From Fibrobacteria bacterium (GTDB taxonomy: Bacteria; Fibrobacterota; Fibrobacteria; UBA11236): DNA of 64,000 nucleotides. Below, one piece after another: positions 39,094 to 50,063 of this stretch. Positions within the stretch are counted from its first letter, which is position 1, and each line of letters begins with the position of its first letter. The notes under the pieces are model-generated. The model saw only the letters and a program-made list of their open reading frames with translations. It did no database searches and had not been told where the DNA came from. Location of the stretch: the NCBI GenBank assembly GCA_017881725.1, contig JADGQO010000076.1, forward strand, positions 6,190 to 70,189, in the 5' to 3' direction. The position numbers and the translations under genes were made by a program.

Positions 39094-39546
39094 TCATTGC
39101 CTCCTTTGACTGTCCAGAATGATGGTTACAGGGCCTTGGTTGATCAGCGAGACGTGCATGTCCGCGCCAAAGATTCCCATGCCGACAGGCTTACCCAAGG
39201 CGGTCACAAGTTGTTCGACAAACCGTTCATATTGTTTTTTGGCAAAGTCCGGAGCGGCGGCGGCGGAAAAGGAAGGCCGGTTGCCGCGCGCTGTTTCCGC
39301 GTATAAGGTGAATTGGCTGATGGCGAGGATCTCCCCGCCCATATCCAACACGGACAAATTCATTTTCCCCTGCGCGTCCGAAAAAATGCGCATGCGCGTA
39401 ATCTTGCCCGCAGACCAAGCTGCGTCTTCATCCCTATCGTCCGGCGCCACGCCGACCAGTAACAACAAGCCCGGTCCGATCTTGGCAATCGTCTTTTCAT
39501 CGACATCAACCTGCGCCTGAGACACTCGTTGCATTACGATGCGCAT
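39094..39546 (-). CDS. dtd: D-aminoacyl-tRNA deacylase
   Basis: 'SQFTLYA…RPSF…ADMHVSLINQGPVT' matches the Dtd signature throughout. The stop abuts the OMT start (0-nt gap). Confidence 0.85.
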   Translation of the reverse strand: MRIVMQRVSQAQVDVDEKTIAKIGPGLLLLVGVAPDDRDEDAAWSAGKITRMRIFSDAQGKMNLSVLDMGGEILAISQFTLYAETARGNRPSFSAAAAPDFAKKQYERFVEQLVTALGKPVGMGIFGADMHVSLINQGPVTIILDSQRRQ

Positions 39547-39776
39547 CGTTCTCCCACGAAATCATCAAGAAATATTTTCATGAGGTAGGACTCATAAAAG
39601 AAAATCCAGGGCTGGATGGCCCTTGGTCCAATCTAATTCTTTACCGTTGAGGATTGGTTGGAATTGGATAGTTGCCTATTGCGCTTGGATCCCCAGGCCA
39701 CCTTGCATGATTCTGAAGGACGCGTGAGGTCGGGATATTTGATTCCATCCCACCTAGTGTTAGGACTTTTAGGACA

Positions 39777-39806
39777 CAAAAAAAGACCCCTCCGAAGAAG
39801 AGTCTT
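39777..39806 (-). terminator. rho-independent terminator downstream of eno
   Basis: On the minus-strand RNA: 5'-AGACUCUUC-UUCG-GAGGGGUCU-3'. This is a 9-bp stem (two G·U pairs) with a UUCG tetraloop followed by U7. Confidence 0.5.
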
Positions 39807-39888
39807 GATTGGGACTATCGAAGCCGCTTCGGGGCTGGAATGGAGCCGTATCGAAGCCGCCTGAATGGTCGGGAAAATTGATGGTTGA

Positions 39889-41190
<1,302 letters not shown>

Positions 41191-41246
41191 TTAAGTTATG
41201 GCCGTAAAGATATCTATTCGGCGATTGGATTTCTATCCTTACCCGC

Positions 41247-41954
41247 ATGCCGCGCCTAATGGGAATAGCGCTTCGCTGGTGTTCCCTACCCTTCCTGGCG
41301 CTCCTCTTTCAGTCCATGCTGGTTGAGCTCTGGTTCAGTTCCCGCGCGGCCGGATTGTCACCCGAAACCTTGATCCACGGCCCTTCCGTGTTTTTTATGC
41401 TGGGGCTGGCCTTCAGGATTTTATTCGCTGCGCTTTGCCGTCGATTCCGCCGCATCGATCCACTGGTCTTTGTCGATACTTTGGAACATGAATTGACACA
41501 TGCCTTGATCGGCACCCTGACTTTTTGTCCGCCGATTTCCTTATCCGCTACCCTGAAATCCGGCGGCGAGGTCCAGTTGCGCGGCTCCAATCCGCTGGCG
41601 GCATTAGCCCCTTATGCTTTCCCCCTGTGGACCTTGGTGGCAGTGGCCATTGGCTTCGTAGTTCAATCGGGATTACAAAGCGCCTGGACCCACGCCGTAT
41701 TTTTCCTCTTGGGATGCTTCGCTTACAGGTTGGGAACGGAATTCCGATGGCGGCAAACGGATTTACACGCCTACGGATTTTTTTTCTCCACCCTCCTGGT
41801 CGGCGCCTTACTTCTCCTGTCTTTGGGAATCATTCTGAAATCCCGTGGACTTCTTTCCCTGCACTGGATATGGGCCTCTCCGCTGCATGCGATTCGCGAA
41901 GTCCCGGGCGTTTGGCGTGCCCTGCGTCCAGCCTCAAACTCGACCGGACCCTAA
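41247..41954 (+). CDS. polytopic membrane protein with HExxH motif (putative membrane-embedded zinc metallopeptidase)
   Basis: 'LEHELTHALIG' sits between hydrophobic helices. About 5 TM segments. No other family signature recognised. Confidence 0.45.
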   Translation: MPRLMGIALRWCSLPFLALLFQSMLVELWFSSRAAGLSPETLIHGPSVFFMLGLAFRILFAALCRRFRRIDPLVFVDTLEHELTHALIGTLTFCPPISLSATLKSGGEVQLRGSNPLAALAPYAFPLWTLVAVAIGFVVQSGLQSAWTHAVFFLLGCFAYRLGTEFRWRQTDLHAYGFFFSTLLVGALLLLSLGIILKSRGLLSLHWIWASPLHAIREVPGVWRALRPASNSTGP

Positions 41955-42162
41955 CAGGTTATTCTAGTTTTCTCATCCCCCAAGGTAACCGTGCGGTTAC
42001 GTACCGGTGACCTTTTCGAGTATAGCACGCAGACTCAGGGCAATTATCGCGTCCAACCGGGTGGATAACTTGCCAAACCCCAAATCCATTCTTTTTTTAT
42101 CTTAATTCCGACCTTGATAGGAAGCCGGTACTCTCCGGATAAACGTCAAGACGAAAGGCCCA

Positions 42163-43239
42163 ATGACCCGACCAATACGGCCCTGGAAATCATCCTTTTT
42201 GATTCTCTCCCTGGGGATTGCGCTGCATGCGCCTGATGTCGCGCGCGCGGCCTCGGAACACATTCAAAATCCCATCGGGAACCTGCGCGATGCCGTGCTT
42301 GCGGATTTGAAGCCCCATGCCAGCGCGAGCAAAACTTACAATGAATTCTGGACCTATCATTTTTTCCTGGACGGAAACCTCCAGGCGGACCTTAATTTTT
42401 CCCGCGTGAATCTCGGCAGGTTGAAAGCGCCGGTTTGCGGCGCGGATCTAACCCTCTTGGGTTTCAAGGGAAAAAATTATTCCGTGGCCCGCGAATACGA
42501 CAAAAAGAATTTCGTCTTCACCGATTCGATTTCCCAGCTCCGGGTGCATGAAAAAATCTGGTTCCAAGGCGGCCTGCCAGCCAGCCACCGGACTCATTTC
42601 GCCACGACCAAAAAGGACGTCAGTTATTATCTCGACCTAACCTTCACGGAAATCGAACCCGGGAAAGTCTGGGGCGATGGGATGTTCCGCTTCGGCGGAT
42701 CGGACGCCGTGGGGATTTTCTGGAATATCCCCGGGGCAAAAGTCAGCGGAGTGCTGGCCGTCAATGGCGACACCTTGCATGTGAAGGGGACGGCCTACAT
42801 GGATCACACCTTCCAAACGGATTTGGCTCCGAATTTAGTCAACGCCGGTTACCGATACAGCGCCCAATCGGGCCCCCTCGAGGTCGGCTATTATTTGAAT
42901 CCCACCTCCCGCTTCCAGAGCCAGCCGGTCGGATATGGCTTACGCAAAACGGGATCGGAATATACCTTGCTTTCTCCGCAAAGCTTGAAAGTGCTCTCCG
43001 CCGCCAACGCCCTGGGATCCAAGGTGGCCACGGTTTTGGAAATCCGGTACCCGGACGGTGGGATTACCACTCTCAAACGCGCCGACGACCGATTTCAGCA
43101 ATCCACCTTGCATGAGTTCAGTGGACTCACCAAAATGGCCATCAAAAGCTTCATGGGCGGCGAAGTATTGGTATTCAAGGGCTTAGGAACTTTGGGTGAT
43201 GGCCGCGCCATCGGGTACAGTTATTTCACGGTGAATTGA
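42163..43239 (+). CDS. secreted beta-rich hypothetical protein
   Basis: Signal peptide 'LILSLGIALHAPDVARAAS'. No motif I can assign. Confidence 0.45.
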   Translation: MTRPIRPWKSSFLILSLGIALHAPDVARAASEHIQNPIGNLRDAVLADLKPHASASKTYNEFWTYHFFLDGNLQADLNFSRVNLGRLKAPVCGADLTLLGFKGKNYSVAREYDKKNFVFTDSISQLRVHEKIWFQGGLPASHRTHFATTKKDVSYYLDLTFTEIEPGKVWGDGMFRFGGSDAVGIFWNIPGAKVSGVLAVNGDTLHVKGTAYMDHTFQTDLAPNLVNAGYRYSAQSGPLEVGYYLNPTSRFQSQPVGYGLRKTGSEYTLLSPQSLKVLSAANALGSKVATVLEIRYPDGGITTLKRADDRFQQSTLHEFSGLTKMAIKSFMGGEVLVFKGLGTLGDGRAIGYSYFTVN

Positions 43240-43325
43240 TACGTCGGTCCGGCTGGTGCCGAAATATTCAGGTTGGGCCGAAAAATTCGGCTAACGTATC
43301 GACGCGCAGCCAGTCGCGTCAGCAT

Positions 43326-44366
43326 TCACTCTTCAGCCACGGGTAACATTTGGGATACCCCTTTTTGCGTCCCGAACCAGACCTCGCCTTCGCGGCCCGG
43401 CATCACGCAGTAAACGTATTTCGTTTGGATCCCGGAAGTGTTATTCTTGGTGTACAAGGTCCAGTCTTTTCCATCGAACCGTACCGCGCCGCCTTTGATG
43501 GCTGCCCACAACGTGCCGGATTTTTCCACGAAGAGGCTATAAACCTGTTCGACGGACATTTCTTCCAGGCTGATTATGCCTTTGTAGGACTTCCACTGGG
43601 ACCCGCTTAATTTCGCTAACCCCATTTGCGTCCCGACCCACTTCTCGCCTTTGGCATTCACGCTCAAATAGGTGATGCTGTTATGCGGGAGCCCGCCATT
43701 GGTGGATTCGCGCGTATAGGTCGTCCAATTGACTCCCGTGAACTTGACCAGTCCGCCGATGGTGCCAATCCATTTCTCTCCGGAAGAATCCACCGCGATG
43801 GCCGTGACCAATTTGTTCGGCAGCCTCCCGGAAACTTTTTCGCCCGCATAGGTTGTCCAAACCGAGCCGCGCAACATGGCGAATCCGCTTTTGGTGCCGA
43901 ACCATCGTTCATCTTTTCCAATGGCCAGGGAGGTGACGGAATTGTCCGGCAAGCCTCCGGCGGTATTTTCCTTGGTGTAATTACGCCATGTACTGTTTCC
44001 GTACCAACAAACGCCTCCGCCATCGGTGGCCACCCACAGCTCGCGATTTTCTCCGATCGCCAACGCGGTAATCACATTGGATTTCAATCCTCCCCCGGTG
44101 TTCTCGACCGTGAACATTTCCCAATCTCCCAGGTTGGAAAGGCGCGTCAGGCCCTTTTTGGTGCCGAACCACTTGTTCCCCTGATCGTCCATCGCCATGG
44201 AATAAATTTCCGGATCGGGAAAATGGCTGAGGTCTTGCAGCGTCCAGCGGATTTGAGGTTCAGTGGGAAGCGCGGTGATCAAAACCGGCGACAGAAAAAT
44301 CGCAAGCAATCCAAGCCAAGGTAGGGCGACTTTAAAAGAGCCGAGCGGACGGCGGAGGGTCATCAT
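43326..44366 (-). CDS. secreted stand-alone 'two-component regulator propeller' (Reg_prop) repeat protein
   Basis: About 7 repeats of '…(E/K)(K/L)W(I/V)GT..GL…W…YT…GLP.N.V.(S/A)(L/I)A(I/V)…'. Signal peptide; no kinase domain attached. Confidence 0.65.
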   Translation of the reverse strand: MMTLRRPLGSFKVALPWLGLLAIFLSPVLITALPTEPQIRWTLQDLSHFPDPEIYSMAMDDQGNKWFGTKKGLTRLSNLGDWEMFTVENTGGGLKSNVITALAIGENRELWVATDGGGVCWYGNSTWRNYTKENTAGGLPDNSVTSLAIGKDERWFGTKSGFAMLRGSVWTTYAGEKVSGRLPNKLVTAIAVDSSGEKWIGTIGGLVKFTGVNWTTYTRESTNGGLPHNSITYLSVNAKGEKWVGTQMGLAKLSGSQWKSYKGIISLEEMSVEQVYSLFVEKSGTLWAAIKGGAVRFDGKDWTLYTKNNTSGIQTKYVYCVMPGREGEVWFGTQKGVSQMLPVAEE

Positions 44367-44382
44367 GACCGGATAAGTTACA

Positions 44383-46476
44383 TTAATCGGGAAGCCCGCC
44401 CACTACCTTGCGCAGCGGGTTCCACCACTCGCGGAAATTGGATAGCACGTAACCTCCGGTGGCGGGATTGTAGAAGTACATGTTACCGCTCCCATCGGAC
44501 AAAGCCGAAATGCCTTTCCAGGGCGAGAACAACTCCACTTTGAACAAGGGGCGCGATGGAGACTCGGGAGCGAATCCAGCCAAGGATACCGGTCGTGCAT
44601 CGGTTACGTTCTCCCCCCTCCAGGGAAATCGGAACGGCAATGCTATTTCAATCCCTCCGCCGGCCTCAGGAGCTTCATCCACCCGGACGATGCCTTCCCT
44701 ATCCCCGTCGTACCGCGGATTCAGGGTGATGCGGTTGCCTTGGAAATCCGTGTACTGAAACCGTACCCATGCGGAAATCCATCGCGACGAAGGCGTATTA
44801 TGGGCTAAGGTTTTTTCCCGGAGCTCGGCGATGGAGCTTACCCTACCGGTATCCACCACCTCGATGGTTCCTCGACAATATTTTTGATAAGACCACTGCA
44901 TCCATGTACGGGTCGGACGCAAACGGGATAGCACCAAGTAAACGCCGTCCCGCGAGCGATCCACGAAGCGAAAATCGAAGTCACGCGTCGACACTACGTC
45001 TCCGGCCTCTGTCCAGCTCGCAGGCAAGTCTTGCGGCCATTGGGAGCCGTTGAATTCCATGGTCGGCGCATAGCCATAGACGAACCGCCGGTACAAGGAC
45101 AGGTTATTGGCGCGCCACTGGGGGCCTTTGAAATGCAGGATATCGGCTACCGATTTCGGCTTGGTGACGGACGGATTGAGCAGCACGGAACTGGATCGCG
45201 TGATGACGTCATAGACCCAAGGCGCGTTGCCGAACCAAAAGGAGGGCGTGGGGAAATTGGGTCCGCCGTATTTTTCATACCGACCGCCCCCGGTAATGAG
45301 GTAATTCGATCCACCGTAATAGATTTCCGTCGGCCGGCTACGGGTTCCGCCGCCGGCATATGCGGACCGCACCTCTGCGCGATATTCCGCGGGCCTTCGC
45401 TGCATGAAGTTCAGGATCGGATCGGGAATCCGGTATCCCAGCAAAGTGGAAAAAAGAGCGATGGAAGAGTGCCCGGTTTGCCAATGCCAAATCCCTTTGT
45501 CCGGATCCCGTGGCCAGGGAAAATCCCCGGATTGGGCCGCAAAAAAGGAACAGGCCGCGTCGTGGGACACCAGCGCGCTGTCTTCATAAGTTTCGGAAGA
45601 ACGTCGGTACGGACCATAGCGAATGGCGTCGTAACTTTGGAACGCGAATTCCGCAGCCAGGAAATCGAGCAAGCAACCCGCGCCGTCGCGCAAAGCGGCG
45701 TCATGCGCAAAGGTGAAAAGATTGTCCAAGGCATGGATGGTGAAGCGTTGATATATCTGCGCGTTGAATTCAAAAAATCCGTTGCACATCGACTTATGCA
45801 TGGTTTGCAACAACAGCGTCTTCAACGAACCGCGCGCGTTATCCAGGCCGACACCCGCATGGACCAACGAATCGCGCAGCCGATCCAGACCCGGTAGCCG
45901 GCGGGTATTTTCCCACAATAATTGATTGGTAAGGTAGCGCGTCGACTCGATCATGAACACATGATTTTCGGTTTCCGGCACGCTCACGAAAAAGACCTCG
46001 AAATCGGATTTGGAACGCTGACCCCAGGTGCGGACCACGTTGCGGACTAGGTATTCCAAAGTCGCGTCGGTCAGCAAATCCCGGTCGTCCAGATACAATT
46101 GGAGAAGCGACGAGCAAACCAGCAAGGTCATGTCGAAGTCCCCTGGATCATACCCGGGAACCGGGACGCTAGTTCCCAAAGCGCCTAGAGGATGAATGTG
46201 ATTCCCGACGACGTACTGTTCCAGGGCCTTGCCCACCGCCCGTTTTTGCGATGCCGGTTTGCCCCGAGCCGATTCCATCAAAGCCACCCATTCCTGAAAC
46301 ACCCGCGTCCCATCGTTGTGGGCGGTCCAAGGATGAACCCCGCCATTGGATTGTATCCGGTATTTCCAGAACTCCAAAATGACCGGCCGCATTTTATCGG
46401 CTTGATTTTCGGCCAAGGCGCTGCCCGGTCTGACGGACAGAGAAAGCATTAAGAGCAAGAAGGTTAACCGGACCAT
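44383..46476 (-). CDS. large secreted hypothetical protein (697 aa)
   Basis: Signal peptide MVRLTFLLLMLSLSVRPGSALA. Aromatic-rich. Possibly an alpha/alpha-toroid plus beta-sandwich lyase-like enzyme, but I cannot anchor that to a motif. Confidence 0.5.
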   Translation of the reverse strand: MVRLTFLLLMLSLSVRPGSALAENQADKMRPVILEFWKYRIQSNGGVHPWTAHNDGTRVFQEWVALMESARGKPASQKRAVGKALEQYVVGNHIHPLGALGTSVPVPGYDPGDFDMTLLVCSSLLQLYLDDRDLLTDATLEYLVRNVVRTWGQRSKSDFEVFFVSVPETENHVFMIESTRYLTNQLLWENTRRLPGLDRLRDSLVHAGVGLDNARGSLKTLLLQTMHKSMCNGFFEFNAQIYQRFTIHALDNLFTFAHDAALRDGAGCLLDFLAAEFAFQSYDAIRYGPYRRSSETYEDSALVSHDAACSFFAAQSGDFPWPRDPDKGIWHWQTGHSSIALFSTLLGYRIPDPILNFMQRRPAEYRAEVRSAYAGGGTRSRPTEIYYGGSNYLITGGGRYEKYGGPNFPTPSFWFGNAPWVYDVITRSSSVLLNPSVTKPKSVADILHFKGPQWRANNLSLYRRFVYGYAPTMEFNGSQWPQDLPASWTEAGDVVSTRDFDFRFVDRSRDGVYLVLSRLRPTRTWMQWSYQKYCRGTIEVVDTGRVSSIAELREKTLAHNTPSSRWISAWVRFQYTDFQGNRITLNPRYDGDREGIVRVDEAPEAGGGIEIALPFRFPWRGENVTDARPVSLAGFAPESPSRPLFKVELFSPWKGISALSDGSGNMYFYNPATGGYVLSNFREWWNPLRKVVGGLPD

Positions 46477-46775
46477 TTTGCGACCGACTTTTTCAGGAGC
46501 CCACCCCTGTTTTTCAGGAGTCAGCCCCTGCTATCATTATACGGGCAATCCCGCGCTTCGACCACTCCGGGAACTTCCGGCACACGCAACTTCTGCCGTC
46601 CCGACCGCGTTTCTTGAGGATGAAAAAGGATTATTTTCTACAATAAACAGCCAAATACCGAAGCCCGGCCTACCTATGGCCGACGAACGGCGTCCCTCCA
46701 GCCCTCGTCCCCGGAGAGTTACCCCTGATACCCCATCACTTTCACCTGATATGGATTGGCCGGAATTTCCCATTC

Positions 46776-47675
46776 GTGAACCGATTGGCGGTGGAATCCC
46801 TTTTGCAAACGAATCCCGGCGCCCGTGTCACGATTCACTTTCAGGACCCGCCGGATAATGCCGATTGGAAAGCCTTGCGGAAAAAAGTCGAATTCCGACC
46901 TATTGATTTGGCCGGATGGCTCAAGGAATTACCCGATTCCATGCAGGCCGTAGCGCCCGTTTTGGATAAAATTTCGACTGGATACCTGGCCGGTAAAAGC
47001 AACATCTTGCGATACCTGATCTTATTCAGAGAAGGCGGAATTTATTTGGACTTCGACACCTTGACGGTGAAAAATTATCAGCCCCTGCTGAACGCCCAGG
47101 CATTCATCGGCGAAGAAACGGTTTTCCGGTATGACGATGATCGGGTCGCAGGCAATTTTAAGTTGGGGATTATTCCCACCGGCGCGGCCTTCGGCATCAG
47201 TTATTACGTGTCGTTGTGGAATTGCAAATACCTAGGAGATGGGCCCGTGCTGAACGCCGTGAACCGGTTGTGCATGCGCTATTGGTCCGATCGAAAATTG
47301 AACAATGCCGTTCTCGGCTCGGAAGCCGGCAGCAAGTTTTTCGCCAAGGCCATCGCTCTGGTTCCGGAAACCAATCCCGGCATCAAATACGCCTTGGGCC
47401 CGATTCTCATGAACCGAACCTGGGCCACCGAAGCCGCCGAACACATCCGGCGTTTGGGTCAGGACTACTTTTACAGTATCCCCCCCAGTCAAACGTTCCG
47501 GTTTTTCTACGGGCCGGCGCGCGCATTGCCGGATTCGGCATATACCATACATTGGTGCAGCAGCAATCACAAGGACTTGGCGTCGACCTTGACGTTGGAA
47601 AACTTGGGTCGGGCGGCCGCCAACCCGACCTTGTTTCACAGTCTGGCGCACGGAGTCATCGCGCAGGGAATTTAG
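46776..47675 (+). CDS. GT32-like glycosyltransferase (sugar-binding region with DxD)
   Basis: 'RYLILFREGGIYLDFD' DxD block. GTG start (no in-frame ATG upstream of the conserved 'VTIHF' region), so the start is uncertain. Confidence 0.6.
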   Translation: MNRLAVESLLQTNPGARVTIHFQDPPDNADWKALRKKVEFRPIDLAGWLKELPDSMQAVAPVLDKISTGYLAGKSNILRYLILFREGGIYLDFDTLTVKNYQPLLNAQAFIGEETVFRYDDDRVAGNFKLGIIPTGAAFGISYYVSLWNCKYLGDGPVLNAVNRLCMRYWSDRKLNNAVLGSEAGSKFFAKAIALVPETNPGIKYALGPILMNRTWATEAAEHIRRLGQDYFYSIPPSQTFRFFYGPARALPDSAYTIHWCSSNHKDLASTLTLENLGRAAANPTLFHSLAHGVIAQGI

Positions 47676-47689
47676 AGCGCCGCGCGGAT

Positions 47690-48472
47690 TTATTCCGCCG
47701 GATTAAATTTCAGATGCTCCGAAAAAACCTGTTCCCGATCGCGCAACGCATACTGGAGCACGCTCCGGATACTCGCGACCGTGGCCGGATGATCGAAATC
47801 AAACGGGTGCATGGCGATGCGCAGGATCGGCGCCTTGGACCAGAGCCGCGCTAATATCGGACAGACCGCCAGGGATCCGTATTTCCGTAAGGGTGTGCGC
47901 GTCGCCCAGGTAACGACGGGACTCGACAAGGACCGGCCGGAATCGCAGCGGTAGATTCGCCTTTGATCCTCGGTGACCAGAACGCCTTTCGCATTAAGTT
48001 CCGGAATCAGGTTTTCGTTGAACAGCCAGGCCGGAGCTACGAATCCATCAGGTCCCCTGCCTATACAGGCCCGGTAGACCTCCATGCCCGTCTCGAGCTT
48101 TGACCGGATCGACTCCCTCGATAGCGAAAGAAATTCACCCTCACCGGCAGTCAGAAGTTTTCGCTTAAACCGATCGCCGAAATTCCGAGCGCAGGTACCC
48201 TGGTCTCCGGGAAGCTGTCCAGCGACGGATGGATCCGATTCCAAATGCAGTAGACCGTGCAAGTGCCAACTGACCTGGAAGGGTTTTTCCTTACGGCACC
48301 AAGCCAGGAACTCCGCATCGTTCGAAGCCAGGTAACCGCCGTGATACTGGGGAACCAGCAAATACGTCAACTTGGAAAGCCCCATTTCAGCGAATAAGCC
48401 TTCGGCCTTTTCCAACCGGGAAAGGTGAAAAGGCGTCGCGTCATGCATGGAAATGATAATCCGCCGTGTCAT
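47690..48472 (-). CDS. DUF2334-type predicted polysaccharide deacetylase
   Basis: 'IIISMHDATPFH…LTYLLVPQYHGG'. ATGA overlap with the upstream GT4. Confidence 0.6.
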   Translation of the reverse strand: MTRRIIISMHDATPFHLSRLEKAEGLFAEMGLSKLTYLLVPQYHGGYLASNDAEFLAWCRKEKPFQVSWHLHGLLHLESDPSVAGQLPGDQGTCARNFGDRFKRKLLTAGEGEFLSLSRESIRSKLETGMEVYRACIGRGPDGFVAPAWLFNENLIPELNAKGVLVTEDQRRIYRCDSGRSLSSPVVTWATRTPLRKYGSLAVCPILARLWSKAPILRIAMHPFDFDHPATVASIRSVLQYALRDREQVFSEHLKFNPAE

Positions 48473-49668
48473 GGTCGGTTTTCCCCAGCGCGTAAATGAT
48501 GGTTAACCATGCGGCCGATGGCGGCGTCCCAACTACCGTAGACTACGGCGAGTTTCCGGCTCTTTTTCGAAGCTTCGAGGATTGGGCTGGATAGAGCCTC
48601 ATCGACTGCGCGCAGAAAATCCTTGGGCGAGCCCGCGCGGAAAACGAATTGGCCTTGCGCTTGCAAAAGCAATTCCGCCGTTCCGCCCTGATCGGGACCT
48701 ACCACCGCCAAGCCGCGCGCCATGCCTTCCAATACTCCCAATCCAAAGGTTTCGAAAGGGCCAGGCGCCAGGAGAATGTCGCTACGGTCATAAATTTCCA
48801 AGACTTTTTCCGGGCTGTCCACAAAACCCAGATACTCAAAATTCGGTGCTGCGAAAGCGGCGAGGCGGTCCGCGAAAGCCCCCCGCCCCATTATGGTAAC
48901 ATGTACGTTACTGCGGGAGAGCAGTTCGGGAAGCGCCGCCAATAATACGTCCATGCCTTTTTCCGCATCCAGTCTTCCGGCGTAAAGTAACCGGATGGGA
49001 TGGGATGCCGAAGCGGTAGACGGCGGGGTTAAGCGGTTGGTTGAGTCGGTTCCGATAGGATTTGAAAACTTGGTGGGCGAATCCAAAAAGCGGAGGGGAA
49101 CGCCGAAAGGTAGGCAGGCAACGTTTTTTATGCCTTGCTGGTTTAAGGACTTTTCCATGGTTCGGGATGAAACGATGGTGCAATCGTACTGCCGCTGCAC
49201 AGAGTAAAAGATCCGTCCCGCGCAACGCACCAGAATTTTTTTCAAAGCTTTGAAGTTTCCCCGGTTTGCCCAGGGCAAGAAATAACTCGGAACCGGGTCG
49301 CTATGAAAAAATGATATTAGTCGCCCATCGTACCAGCCTGATTTTTTAAGCACCAGACAAAACAGACCGGTAAGCCAAGCATCCCCCGCCTCCAATACCG
49401 CCGGTCGTTCGCGACGGATAATCTGGAGGACGCGCCAATAGTCGAGAAGCAGACGATACCCAGACGCATCCTTGGTCAACGCGGGCCCAAAAACTTCGCT
49501 GCGGTTTACCGCCGGCCCCACGGAGATTTCCCGATGGCAAGGCCCCGGATGCACGACCACGTATCTATGCTCGGTTTGCCTCGCGAACCATTCCATTTTC
49601 GCCAGGTGATAGGTGCGAATGCCGCCGGCCTTCAAGGAAAAAAAGGTATTGATGTCGAGAAAAACCAC
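48469..49668 (-). CDS. family 4 glycosyltransferase
   Basis: C-terminal 'SDILLAPGPFETFGLGVLEGMARGLAVVG'. GTG start. Confidence 0.7.
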   Translation of the reverse strand: MVFLDINTFFSLKAGGIRTYHLAKMEWFARQTEHRYVVVHPGPCHREISVGPAVNRSEVFGPALTKDASGYRLLLDYWRVLQIIRRERPAVLEAGDAWLTGLFCLVLKKSGWYDGRLISFFHSDPVPSYFLPWANRGNFKALKKILVRCAGRIFYSVQRQYDCTIVSSRTMEKSLNQQGIKNVACLPFGVPLRFLDSPTKFSNPIGTDSTNRLTPPSTASASHPIRLLYAGRLDAEKGMDVLLAALPELLSRSNVHVTIMGRGAFADRLAAFAAPNFEYLGFVDSPEKVLEIYDRSDILLAPGPFETFGLGVLEGMARGLAVVGPDQGGTAELLLQAQGQFVFRAGSPKDFLRAVDEALSSPILEASKKSRKLAVVYGSWDAAIGRMVNHHLRAGENRP

Positions 49669-50063
49669 GCATCCTATGTAGCAATCGACCGAAGGGGCCC
49701 AAAGGCCGGTTAGCCCGGGATGGGACCCAAGCGCAAATACGGTAACCCCGGTTTGATCCCGCGTAGGCCGCAGCTCGGGAAGCCCCGCGCCATGGGTCGG
49801 CTGTCCCGCGCAGATTTTTCATAAGACGAATATTTATATGTTTGCCATACATGAATCCCGTTGCCGCCGAGCCGGTCGGTCATATCACTCCCTTGGAAAC
49901 GCCCCTGCGGCAAACTTGGCCGCGTCCGCATGGCAAAATGGCCTTGCCTGGAATCCTACGGTTCGTATCGTTATTTATCCTGGAGTTGATCGGCAATTTG
50001 CCGGGTTTTCTGAAGCTTGCCGTAGCAGGCCGCATCTTAGGCACACGCCGTCGCGGCGAACCA

